Virus record (IMG/VR): IMGVR_UViG_3300027969_002881
Span: 63,887 to 127,886 of that record
Length of the DNA: 64,000 nt
Strand: one strand, 5' to 3'
DNA from: a virus
The notes under the pieces: model-generated
Seen by the model: the letters and a program-made list of their open reading frames with translations, nothing else
What the model was told of the DNA's origin: nothing
Database searches by the model: none
Made by a program: the position numbers and the translations under genes
Shown here: one piece after another, positions 10,324 through 19,126 of the stretch
How the letters are laid out: every line of letters starts with the position of its first letter
Numbering within the stretch: the first letter of the stretch is position 1

Positions 10324-11023
10324 TTAATCCTATCCATTCTTTAAATTTATCTTCCAACCAAACAAAGTCATTGACTTTCATTGTATCATAGTCTTTGGAT
10401 GCCCAAAGACATCCTTCTCTGGCGCCCTGTATCGCAAAATATCCATATTGTGTTTCTAATCCTGCTTCGCACCACATTGTTAAACGATCTTGACTTTCCT
10501 GGTCATTGTTGTTTTTATTAATGCCTGCGCTGAGTTTGACTGCTTCCCTAAATGCTGTGCGCCATGTACTATATGGTGTGTAATTAAAACGATGTTCGCT
10601 GGCCAGTATGTTTAGTTTTATATAACCATCTGCTAGAGTAGTTGTCATATCTGGCTTGTCTAGTCTCTCAGCACTAAAGCAATCTTTGCTAAACAATTTG
10701 ATACCACCATGACCATACACTAATCCATTAATAGGATTTTTAGCACGAAATACTGCTACATATTTTGGTTTGAGTTCTATTTGTTTATCAAATGTAAATC
10801 CGTCTACGATCCAGCAATCGGCATCAACTACATAAAATCTGTCAGTACCACATAAATTAGCAACGTGCTTATGACTTTCAAATATTGTACCCACGCTGGC
10901 CACTGCTTCGGCCCATGGTGCAATAGATTGAAGTCTTTCCCAATTCTCATTAAGGTTGTCTTCGTCTGTGTATAGAAAATATACAGGTATATTCATATCA
11001 GTACTTGGGTAAAGTAAATCCAT
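10310..11023 (-). CDS. GT-A-like glycosyltransferase, LSYDEP family (start may be MNIPV at 10996)
   Basis: FYVVDAD DxD motif, NPINGLVYGHGGIKL, FREAVKL; paralog of 10998, 11995 and 30565. Confidence 0.6.
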   Translation of the reverse strand: MDLLYPSTDMNIPVYFLYTDEDNLNENWERLQSIAPWAEAVASVGTIFESHKHVANLCGTDRFYVVDADCWIVDGFTFDKQIELKPKYVAVFRAKNPINGLVYGHGGIKLFSKDCFSAERLDKPDMTTTLADGYIKLNILASEHRFNYTPYSTWRTAFREAVKLSAGINKNNNDQESQDRLTMWCEAGLETQYGYFAIQGAREGCLWASKDYDTMKVNDFVWLEDKFKEWIGLNGHR

Positions 11024-12023
11024 ATAATGGCAATGCGCTTTGATTTAATAACGCTGGCCAACCTACACCTTTGCCAGGACTGATATTCACATGTTTAAAC
11101 CATTCACTTTGTTCAGCATCTAACTCCGCTAGCGGCAAGCCTAGACTGTCTTTTAAATCTGTTAATAATTTACGATTATGACTTTCTAGGTATTCCCCAT
11201 GATTTAAAATTTGAGATTGTTGTTCCCAGAATGTGTTAAACCAATCATAGTCTGCAATTACTGTGTGATCGAAATTTTCTACATATAACTTATATGCCGC
11301 TAACCTTGCACCATATATAACCCAGGCACCATTTTCAATGTCTCGACCCACTGTCATCCATATTAACCAACGAGCATAATTAGCGGGATACATTTTATGT
11401 TTGAAATCTTCTAATGGAACTTTGTTACCTTGGTCCAGGCCCATCTTAATACCTTCACGGAATCCTGCTCTAAATGATTGCTTGGCACTGGAGTTATTGT
11501 GAACAACGCCGTATGTATTATTCATTTGCTTGTAGTTTTCAGGATCCCAGCAAAAGTCTACATTGTTTGTGCCATCTTCAGGGTTGGCAGCTTCATGACT
11601 TTTCATATTCATAACATGTTCAGTATACCATAGTTTAACGCCGCCATTGCCGTATACTAATCCATTGACAATATTACGACTACTCCAACTTAATGTAGCT
11701 TCTGCGATATCAGGAGTGAGTTCAACGCTTTTAGACCATATAGCTTTGTCTACTTTACAGTCAGCATCTACTGTAAAAAATCTAGGAGCATTTGAAACTC
11801 GTCCAGCTTCTTTATGGGCGGCGTCGAACCCTTTAACACCATGAACCCTGCGTATCTGTTGTGCGTTAGGATGATTGTCTAGCAAATATTGAAAGTTTTC
11901 ATCTGCATTAGGTTCATCGTAACTTAAAAAGACTACAGGGATATCTTTTAATTTTAATAAGGGATTTGGTTCCGTCTTATTAACTTTTATAATTTTATTT
12001 CCTAGAGAATTTAGTAAACTCAT
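10998..12023 (-). CDS. GT-A-like glycosyltransferase, LSYDEP family
   Basis: FLSYDEPNADEN, RVHGVKGFDAAH, FTVDAD, NGLVYGNGGVKLW, FREGIKM. Confidence 0.65.
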   Translation of the reverse strand: MSLLNSLGNKIIKVNKTEPNPLLKLKDIPVVFLSYDEPNADENFQYLLDNHPNAQQIRRVHGVKGFDAAHKEAGRVSNAPRFFTVDADCKVDKAIWSKSVELTPDIAEATLSWSSRNIVNGLVYGNGGVKLWYTEHVMNMKSHEAANPEDGTNNVDFCWDPENYKQMNNTYGVVHNNSSAKQSFRAGFREGIKMGLDQGNKVPLEDFKHKMYPANYARWLIWMTVGRDIENGAWVIYGARLAAYKLYVENFDHTVIADYDWFNTFWEQQSQILNHGEYLESHNRKLLTDLKDSLGLPLAELDAEQSEWFKHVNISPGKGVGWPALLNQSALPLYGFTLPKY

Positions 12024-12744
12024 TTTTCATCCATTCTAAATCATTAATAACACGCAAGGCTTCGACCTTGCCTGTATTTTTTAATCCATAGTTCCTGCCT
12101 TGTTTTGCACCGGCTATGGCATACTTACCAAAAGGTTGTTTTGCACCTTTAGTAGTCCATATTTTAAGACGTTGATTACTTTCTTCTACAACACGATTTA
12201 TAGCTTCGTCGTTATAGTTTAATTTATGCCTTAATTCTTCGTTGGTTAAATTAGAGGCTAGTTTAACACATTCGCGAAAGGCACTGCGCCACGTGCTAAA
12301 CTCGTCATAGTTAAATTTAGTAATATTACTTACTTGATCAAAGACTTTAATATTTAATCCAAATCCAGTGGTAAAGTCAACTGTGTCTGGATTTTTACTC
12401 AGTAAAGATTGCTTAGGTAACAGTTTAACGCCTCCGTGACCGTATGTCAAGTCATTTATAGGATTTATACTATTCCACAAACAGAGACATTCATTTTCTG
12501 GAATATCCCACCACTTCTTATATTTACTGGGTGTAAAGAAAAAATCAAAGTCATTTAATATAATTGCATCGCTGTCTACTACATAAAAATTGTTAGTAAG
12601 ACTACGACGAGCACATTCTTGATGTGCTGCCGTAAAACCAGTTATACCATTGACACGTCGAACATGTGGAACTTTCTCTTTAAGAAGTTCGTAATTTTCG
12701 TCAGCGTAAGGTTCGTTGTAACTAAGAAAGAAAACATCTAGCAT
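11995..12744 (-). CDS. GT-A-like glycosyltransferase, LSYDEP family
   Basis: FLSYNEPYADEN, VVDSD, LTYGHGGVKL, FRECVKL. Confidence 0.65.
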   Translation of the reverse strand: MLDVFFLSYNEPYADENYELLKEKVPHVRRVNGITGFTAAHQECARRSLTNNFYVVDSDAIILNDFDFFFTPSKYKKWWDIPENECLCLWNSINPINDLTYGHGGVKLLPKQSLLSKNPDTVDFTTGFGLNIKVFDQVSNITKFNYDEFSTWRSAFRECVKLASNLTNEELRHKLNYNDEAINRVVEESNQRLKIWTTKGAKQPFGKYAIAGAKQGRNYGLKNTGKVEALRVINDLEWMKNEFTKFSRK

Positions 12745-12752
12745 TATACGAG

Positions 12753-12760
12753 TATTTAAT
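12753..12760 (-). promoter_or_regulatory. T4-late-type promoter variant ATTAAATA
   Basis: TAAATA core in a 24-nt intergenic gap, 8 nt before the ATG at 12744. Confidence 0.45.
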
Positions 12761-12768
12761 ATTTTTAC

Positions 12769-14241
12769 TCATGATAATACAGGTACATTGTATTTCTTGT
12801 AAAAGTCTTTGGCATCTTTAAGATTGTTAACCATTGGCTGACCTTTGATGTTCAAGCTGGTATTCAATAACATTGGACAGCCAGTTTCACTGTACCAATT
12901 TTCTAATAGTTTACGGAAGCCCGGGCTGTCATTTTTGCCCACTGTTTGTACACGACTTGTTCCGTCTTTGTGTATGATAGCAGGAAACTCGTCAGGTCGA
13001 GTACAACGAGCAACAAACTGCATATATGGACTAGCGGTTATATTTGCGGGCATATCGAAATAGTCATGTACATGTTCTTCTAGGATTGCTGGTGCAAATG
13101 GTCTGAATTGCTGTCTTCGCTTGATTGCGTTGACTGTGTCTTTGATTTCGGAACCTCTAGGATCTGCCAATAAGCTTCGGTGCCCAAGAGCACGTGGTCC
13201 GAACTCAGCCTTGCCGCTAGCCACTCCCACAATTTTATCTCTTGTAAGTATACTAATAGTTTCATCAACTGGATATTCCTCGCCTATGTTTGTGCCGAGA
13301 TATGCTCCTGGCCACGTAACTTGCTCGCCAAAGAAAGCGGCCACTGCTCCGACACTACTTCCAGCATCTCCGGGGTTTGGCATAATCCAAACTCGGTCCC
13401 AGTCTCCTGTGATTTCACTGTTGGCCACACAGTTAAGAGCACAACCGCCCATTAATACAATGTTCTTGCTGGGCAAGTTTGCTCTAGCCCAACGACTAAT
13501 ACCTTGTAGTATTTCAGTGTACACTTGTTGAGTAGCGGCGGCTAAATCAAATGTATCTTGTTCGCTGAGTAAATCTAAACGCCAATCAGGACAGCCACGA
13601 TGCAAGTTACGTTTAAACTTAATTTCGGGTCCGTTGATTACACTGAAGAAATCTTCGTATATATCGGCTTTGTATTTGTTGGGGTCACCGTATGCTGCCA
13701 TGCCCATGAGAATATATTCTTCTTCATTGGGTTTTAATCCTATACGTTGTGTCATAGCACTGAACCAAAGTCCTAGACTATCCGGATAACCTTGTGTATA
13801 GACTTTCTTTAAGTCATTGCCCTGACCTTGCCATACAGTAAGAGTTTCAAACTCGCCAATACTGTCAATAACGACAACTGTAGCATCACTTAATCCGCTG
13901 GTATAATATCCTGCGGCAGCATGACTTTTGTGATGTTCACCGAAGTGTAAAGATTGTGTTAAATTATATTTTGCAAGATACGTTTTAACATCATTTTCTT
14001 TAGTTCTGTCGCCTTGCCCTGCCATAAATTGTCTAGCAGTTTTTAAGTCAGGATTTTCATACCAAACAATTAAGTCTGGTTTTCCATACTGTTCAGCATC
14101 CTGTATAATACCTGCACACAAGTCGCCATCGTTTTTAATTCCGCTATATCGTTCGCTGTGTGCCGCAAATTGTAATTGTTTATCGTGCCAAACGCTAACG
14201 GCAGCGTCGTGACTGTTGGCACTAATTCCCCAAATATTCAT
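12769..14241 (-). CDS. Carbamoyltransferase (NodU/CmcH family)
   Basis: HDAA, ERYS..K, HH.SHAA, DSIGE, MGMAAYG, GGCALNC, GDAG, EFGPRALGHRSLLADPR, KRRQQFRPFAP, LLNTSLN. Confidence 0.95.
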   Translation of the reverse strand: MNIWGISANSHDAAVSVWHDKQLQFAAHSERYSGIKNDGDLCAGIIQDAEQYGKPDLIVWYENPDLKTARQFMAGQGDRTKENDVKTYLAKYNLTQSLHFGEHHKSHAAAGYYTSGLSDATVVVIDSIGEFETLTVWQGQGNDLKKVYTQGYPDSLGLWFSAMTQRIGLKPNEEEYILMGMAAYGDPNKYKADIYEDFFSVINGPEIKFKRNLHRGCPDWRLDLLSEQDTFDLAAATQQVYTEILQGISRWARANLPSKNIVLMGGCALNCVANSEITGDWDRVWIMPNPGDAGSSVGAVAAFFGEQVTWPGAYLGTNIGEEYPVDETISILTRDKIVGVASGKAEFGPRALGHRSLLADPRGSEIKDTVNAIKRRQQFRPFAPAILEEHVHDYFDMPANITASPYMQFVARCTRPDEFPAIIHKDGTSRVQTVGKNDSPGFRKLLENWYSETGCPMLLNTSLNIKGQPMVNNLKDAKDFYKKYNVPVLS

Positions 14242-14381
14242 TTGTAAATAAAAGGGTCTCGTCGGCGTAGTTCTTCTAGGCGTTTTTTAAGTTGTTCTTC
14301 ATATTGCAACTCTTCCTGTGTTTTTTGTTTTTCTTCGACAACAGGTTGTTGGTCGGGTTGTTGATTAGTATTGTTTTCCAT
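14238..14381 (-). CDS. 47-aa peptide ending RRRDPFIYK (not in ORF track)
   Basis: Hand translation MENNTNQQPDQQPVVEEKQKTQEELQYEEQLKKRLEELRRRDPFIYK; ATGA-coupled to the carbamoyltransferase; TATAAATA 5 nt upstream. Confidence 0.8.
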   Translation of the reverse strand: MENNTNQQPDQQPVVEEKQKTQEELQYEEQLKKRLEELRRRDPFIYK

Positions 14382-14386
14382 AATAA

Positions 14387-14394
14387 TATTTATA
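14387..14394 (-). promoter_or_regulatory. T4 late promoter consensus TATAAATA
   Basis: Exact consensus in a 15-nt gap, 5 nt before the ATG at 14381. Confidence 0.7.
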
Positions 14395-14396
14395 GT

Positions 14397-14939
14397 TTAA
14401 TTAGCAGAATATAATTCAGGATATTCAACCAACACATGAATACCTTTTTGTTCGGTGGCTGTTTTATAAGCAGTGGAAATGTCTAAGGGGTTTTTTAAAT
14501 CATAAAACTTAGTGTTTGGGCACATACTTTTAAATTCTTCAAAGTAGCTACCTTTATGTTGATGTCCAGGATCTAAGGGCTTGTCGCTGCCTTTGCCCAA
14601 TCTAATCAATACATGAGCTTCTTTGCCAGTCATTAATTCAAATTTGTCCAAGTGATTCACTAATTGATTTGTTGCGCTGATAACAAAATCCCATCTTGGA
14701 TAAAAGCTAACAACTGTTTTGCCGGCCATCGCCAAGCCTAAACTCATACCCATTTGTGTTTCTTCCATTACGGGGAGTTCAATCATTTTGTCCTTAGGCA
14801 CATTGCCTAATGTTGTGCTCATTGGATTACCTGCGTAAACAATCTGTTGTCCAATAAAAAGAATATTGTCGTTAGCCGCTAGTACTGTCATAGCGGCAGT
14901 CAGTGCATCTTTATATGGCGTTAGTTGTGGTGTTGTCAT
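14397..14939 (-). CDS. ThDP enzyme E1-beta / transketolase pyrimidine-binding subunit, lacking the C-terminal domain
   Basis: ELPVMEETQMGMSLGLAMAG, RWDF, NQLVNHLDK, GHQH. Confidence 0.85.
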   Translation of the reverse strand: MTTPQLTPYKDALTAAMTVLAANDNILFIGQQIVYAGNPMSTTLGNVPKDKMIELPVMEETQMGMSLGLAMAGKTVVSFYPRWDFVISATNQLVNHLDKFELMTGKEAHVLIRLGKGSDKPLDPGHQHKGSYFEEFKSMCPNTKFYDLKNPLDISTAYKTATEQKGIHVLVEYPELYSAN

Positions 14940-14940
14940 T

Positions 14941-15801
14941 TTAAATTTCTCTTTCTAAATGTTTTATTATATTGTCTGCTATTACACGATGGCATTTCTT
15001 AGATGGGTGAAGATCTCCTGGAGTAACTTCGAACTCATTGACATCCCAATATATAGTAAGTTCAGGGTTAGTGTATCCTCTGAATTGATTATATTTGTCT
15101 TCCATCATATGTTCTATGCTAGGATAGTTATTGCCGTTGTAGTCGAATTTAATCATCCTACTTCTCAGCCAATCATCTTGTTCAATATATTTAACAAGGT
15201 CCATGGGCCAGCTCATTACATAAACTTTAACACCGTTGTCAGTGAAAGTTTGTAAAAATTCTTTGACATCTTGTATTTCTTTTTTCGTGGCACGATCAAT
15301 ATATTTGTCCAATGTTAAGTTATTGTCTACTAACCATTGCGGAAAGATTGGATTATTCATTACTTCATTATGAGTTACTTCATACAATGAGTCCAACCTA
15401 GTAAAGCTTTTTGCTCGCGGCCATTGCGTAAACTGATAAAATACATGACTTACATCTTCATAATTATACGTAGGAGGGGTAGCGGGATGATTACCTTTAT
15501 TTTTTTCTGGATCTGTTTTATCCATAAAACATCGTCTCCACCAATCATGTATACTATAGCTGGCGCCGCCATTCCATGGTTGGCAAAGTTCAAATGTGTT
15601 AAAATGATTTGCCACGAATCTAGGAAATCTAATGGACTTCATATATTCGATATGCGTGTCTTTAACTAGTTCAACTTTGTAGTGATTCAATGGAGGTTCC
15701 TCTAGTGTAGACATATTTGAATAATAATACAAACCTTGCCCCCATGTAAAGCTACATCCAGCAAAAATCATTCCCTTAGTAACTGGGCTCTGGCTTTTCA
15801 T
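14941..15801 (-). CDS. SGNH-like protein (copy 3)
   Basis: FAGCSFTWG block I, C-terminal GDLHP. Confidence 0.65.
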   Translation of the reverse strand: MKSQSPVTKGMIFAGCSFTWGQGLYYYSNMSTLEEPPLNHYKVELVKDTHIEYMKSIRFPRFVANHFNTFELCQPWNGGASYSIHDWWRRCFMDKTDPEKNKGNHPATPPTYNYEDVSHVFYQFTQWPRAKSFTRLDSLYEVTHNEVMNNPIFPQWLVDNNLTLDKYIDRATKKEIQDVKEFLQTFTDNGVKVYVMSWPMDLVKYIEQDDWLRSRMIKFDYNGNNYPSIEHMMEDKYNQFRGYTNPELTIYWDVNEFEVTPGDLHPSKKCHRVIADNIIKHLEREI

Positions 15802-16217
15802 TTATTTCTATTTGGCCAACTAATTTCCCAGTCTTTAAAGTCTGCTGCCAAGCAGTCTACTTTATAGTCCTTACGTCCGCCAACGCTTTCTTGAATTACG
15901 TTTTTACTAGTATTACGAATACCATTTAAGCCATGCGTTAATTCTAAGTTGTTGCCATCTTTAATGCCACGACGATAATTGCTTTCGTTGTGCCAAATAT
16001 GTAAATTCATTTGGCTTACAACTACTATAGCGCGAATAACATCAGCAGTAACTTCTACATCTTTTTCTTCTAGTATTAGTTGAATATCATGTACAATGGC
16101 AGAAATTTCTTCACTGTATTCTTGTTTGTGTTCAGGAATAAAAACTTCCTTAAGTTGAACGATGCTTAAACGATCGATCAAATCTCCTAGTGTATGCAAG
16201 TATTTTCTCTCAGTCAT
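15798..16217 (-). CDS. Small helical protein of the kind found in sugar-nucleotide clusters
   Basis: TLGDLIDRLSIVQLKE...NLHIWHNE...NGIRN; coupled to the epimerase genes. Confidence 0.6.
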   Translation of the reverse strand: MTERKYLHTLGDLIDRLSIVQLKEVFIPEHKQEYSEEISAIVHDIQLILEEKDVEVTADVIRAIVVVSQMNLHIWHNESNYRRGIKDGNNLELTHGLNGIRNTSKNVIQESVGGRKDYKVDCLAADFKDWEISWPNRNK

Positions 16218-17149
16218 AAATTTGTAAAGTTCCTGTTATTGAATGGAACAGTCATTTGATATGCACTGATCAATTGCTTGATACCATAGTCCAAATCAAA
16301 CATCGGTTTCCATCCTAGACTTTCTAACTTAGCGTTAGAAACTATGTAATTTCGTTTGTCGAAATCTTGTTTGAATTCATCTTGCTTAATCACTAATGCA
16401 GGAATTTGTTCTTTAATCTTTTCAGCTAATTCTAGTTTACTTATATTTGCTGTACTTAATCCTACATTGTATACTTGGCCGCGACATTTGTCATAATTAT
16501 CAATCATGAATTCAAATGTACGAGCAATGTCTTGTACATGGATATAGTTACGTTTAAAGTTTGCTTCAAACAATACCATATATCCATCTACCACTGCTTT
16601 GTAAACAAAGTCATTGACTAACAAGTCTTGGCGCATACGTGGACTTACACCAAACACAGTGGCAAGTCTTAGAATGACGCCATTACCTTTTTTAAGCACG
16701 TAATCTTCTGCGTCGCATTTAGTTTGTGCGTATAAGCTTAATGGCTTAAACGGACTTTCTTCAGTGATAATGTTTTCACTACTTCCATATTGACTATTTG
16801 TATTGGGCAATATCAGCATTTGATCATCACGCAACACATCGACGACATTTTTAATTTGTTCGTAGTTAACTTGTACCGTCAATTCTGGATTAGCTTTGCA
16901 GGCTGGCATGCCAACAATGGCTGCCAATGGAATAACTACGTCAGCCAAGCCAACTTGCTCAGTTAATAAATCTTTATCCCTGACATCACCTGCAATGAAA
17001 TGAAATTTAGGTTGTTTAAACAGATGTAATAGACTTGTTTGTTTATACATCAAGTTATCTAATACAGTAACTCGATGTCCTTTAAACAATAAATGTTCAG
17101 CTAATATGGATCCGAGATAGCCCGCTCCGCCTGTGATTAAAATTTTCAT
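16214..17149 (-). CDS. NAD-dependent NDP-sugar epimerase/dehydratase (extended SDR)
   Basis: TGGAGYLG, PLAAIVG, YAQTK (YxxxK), RLATVFG, RNYIHV. Confidence 0.9.
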   Translation of the reverse strand: MKILITGGAGYLGSILAEHLLFKGHRVTVLDNLMYKQTSLLHLFKQPKFHFIAGDVRDKDLLTEQVGLADVVIPLAAIVGMPACKANPELTVQVNYEQIKNVVDVLRDDQMLILPNTNSQYGSSENIITEESPFKPLSLYAQTKCDAEDYVLKKGNGVILRLATVFGVSPRMRQDLLVNDFVYKAVVDGYMVLFEANFKRNYIHVQDIARTFEFMIDNYDKCRGQVYNVGLSTANISKLELAEKIKEQIPALVIKQDEFKQDFDKRNYIVSNAKLESLGWKPMFDLDYGIKQLISAYQMTVPFNNRNFTNL

Positions 17150-18150
17150 GGTTTGCTATTTGGATCGTATTGGTCTTTGTTGGTTTTATACCATCTCATT
17201 GCATTGTGTAATGCATCGCGTAGTTCGTATTTTGGTTTCCAGCCCAATGCGTTAATTTTCTCTGAACTTAACAATCTCACTGAGATCATGAATGCTTTGT
17301 TATTAACATATTCAATGGGATTTTCATTATTATCCAACTCTCTAAGCATGTGAAGCACTTCATTCACTGTATAACCTTTTCCATAGCATACATTATATAT
17401 ATCATACTTGTCAACATTTTCTGCAACAAATACAATGCCGTCTGCCATGTCTTCAACGTGTAGTAAGTCACGAACATCTTTGCCGTCGCCCCATACTGGA
17501 ATAGGATTTAATCCGTCTGCTACTTTACGAATACTAGCAGGTGTTACGTGACACTTTTCATAGTCAAACTTATCATTGGGACCAAACGCATTACTAGGAC
17601 GAATGATAACGCATTGCATTGGATTATGAATCTGATTACTGAAAAAATCACATAATGCTTCACTGTAACGCTTCATACCACCCACAGCCTTGTATACTGG
17701 AATTAAAGGAGTGCTGTTAATATCAATGCCTTCATGACAATATTCATCACCCATGTCTGGGTATACTGTATTTGAACTAATGAATACAAATTTCTTAACG
17801 CCATTGCGCCAGCTATGTTCCATTAAGTTTGTATTCATTTCAATGTTAGGTGTAACATGTAGTAAAGGATTAAATTTAGTGTCCAATGCGTTACTGGTAT
17901 TTGCCGCGCAATGAATAACAACATCAACGTCTTTACTGACTTTTTCACAGAACTCAGCTGTGCGTAGATCACCATGGTGATTCTCTACTGTTTCCCATCC
18001 GTAAAAGTCTTTACGCAATGTTCTGCTATAAGTTGTACTGCGTACATTCTTATAGCCTTTTTCAAATAATGTTCTTAATATGTGGCTGCCAATAAATCCT
18101 GAGGCGCCCGTAACTAAAATTTTGTCTGTTTTTTTCATTTTATTTTCCAA
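17146..18150 (-). CDS. GDP-L-fucose-synthase-like NDP-sugar epimerase/reductase
   Basis: TGASGFIG, ISSNTVY, RPSNAFGPNDKF...HV, WGDGKDVRDLLHVED. Confidence 0.8.
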   Translation of the reverse strand: MENKMKKTDKILVTGASGFIGSHILRTLFEKGYKNVRSTTYSRTLRKDFYGWETVENHHGDLRTAEFCEKVSKDVDVVIHCAANTSNALDTKFNPLLHVTPNIEMNTNLMEHSWRNGVKKFVFISSNTVYPDMGDEYCHEGIDINSTPLIPVYKAVGGMKRYSEALCDFFSNQIHNPMQCVIIRPSNAFGPNDKFDYEKCHVTPASIRKVADGLNPIPVWGDGKDVRDLLHVEDMADGIVFVAENVDKYDIYNVCYGKGYTVNEVLHMLRELDNNENPIEYVNNKAFMISVRLLSSEKINALGWKPKYELRDALHNAMRWYKTNKDQYDPNSKP

Positions 18151-19126
18151 TATAGTTTTCTATGGTTTTCTTAATACCATCTCGCAATGTAGTTCTGGGT
18201 AACATATTATATTTACGTTGCTTATCCGCACTTAGGCAGCGCACAGGGTCGCCATTTGTCTTTGTTTCATCCCAAATAATTTGTTTTTCTTCACCACTGA
18301 TTTCTTTGTATACATCAATGATAGTTTCAATTGTTTCTTTAATGCTAACTGCTGTACCGCAACCAAAGTTAACAATGTCTTTGACTTCTTTGGTAACTGC
18401 GTCAATACTGGCCTGAGCAACATCATCACCAAACACAAAGTCACGGCGAGCACTGCCGTTGCCCCAACATGTAATGCTATTGCCCGGAACATTTTTCAAT
18501 TTCCAAATGTTAGAACTGATAACTGTGGCATCTTCTGCAAAGTTGTCATTGATACCATAAATGTTACTTGGGCGAATAACTGTCCAATTATCCCAGCCAT
18601 ATTGTACTGTTAGAGATTCCAAGGTTGCTTCGCCCATGCGCTTGGTCCAGCCTGGATACCAGTCATTGCGACTGGGAGTTGTCTTCCAAACATCGTCTTC
18701 GTTCATTAGTTCAGCAGGCTGATAAACGCCCACGCTACTTAGATATACAAACCAATCTACTTTAGCATCAAACGCTGCCTTAATCATGTTAGTGTTGAAC
18801 ATTAACATAGGGAACAAATAATCGCAGGGTTGTTTACTACTGCGAGCCGGACTACCTTTAACTCCGGCAATGTGTAACACAATATTAACTTCTTTCTTAA
18901 ATAACTCTTCGCAGTTATGCAAATAAGTTAAATCGCAGTTAATAAACTCCACTACATTGGAATACTTGTCACATACTTCTTTTAGTTTAGGACTTTGTCT
19001 AATGTCCACAGCATATACTTTGCTGGCGCCTTCATGAACGCTTTTTTCAACTGCTGGTACTCCGACTAGGCCACTGGCCCCTGTTACCAATACTACTTTG
19101 TTTTCAAATTTCATTTTAAATACCAC
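18140..19126 (-). CDS. NDP-sugar epimerase/reductase (extended SDR)
   Basis: TGASGLVG, LSSVGVY, YPGWTK, RPSNIYG, WGNGSARRDF. Confidence 0.85.
   Translation of the reverse strand: MVFKMKFENKVVLVTGASGLVGVPAVEKSVHEGASKVYAVDIRQSPKLKEVCDKYSNVVEFINCDLTYLHNCEELFKKEVNIVLHIAGVKGSPARSSKQPCDYLFPMLMFNTNMIKAAFDAKVDWFVYLSSVGVYQPAELMNEDDVWKTTPSRNDWYPGWTKRMGEATLESLTVQYGWDNWTVIRPSNIYGINDNFAEDATVISSNIWKLKNVPGNSITCWGNGSARRDFVFGDDVAQASIDAVTKEVKDIVNFGCGTAVSIKETIETIIDVYKEISGEEKQIIWDETKTNGDPVRCLSADKQRKYNMLPRTTLRDGIKKTIENYIGK

Noticed and set aside
1983-14381. Classical RiPP cluster
   Set aside because: No leader-core precursor array, RRE domain, protease or exporter is evident; sugar enzymes dominate
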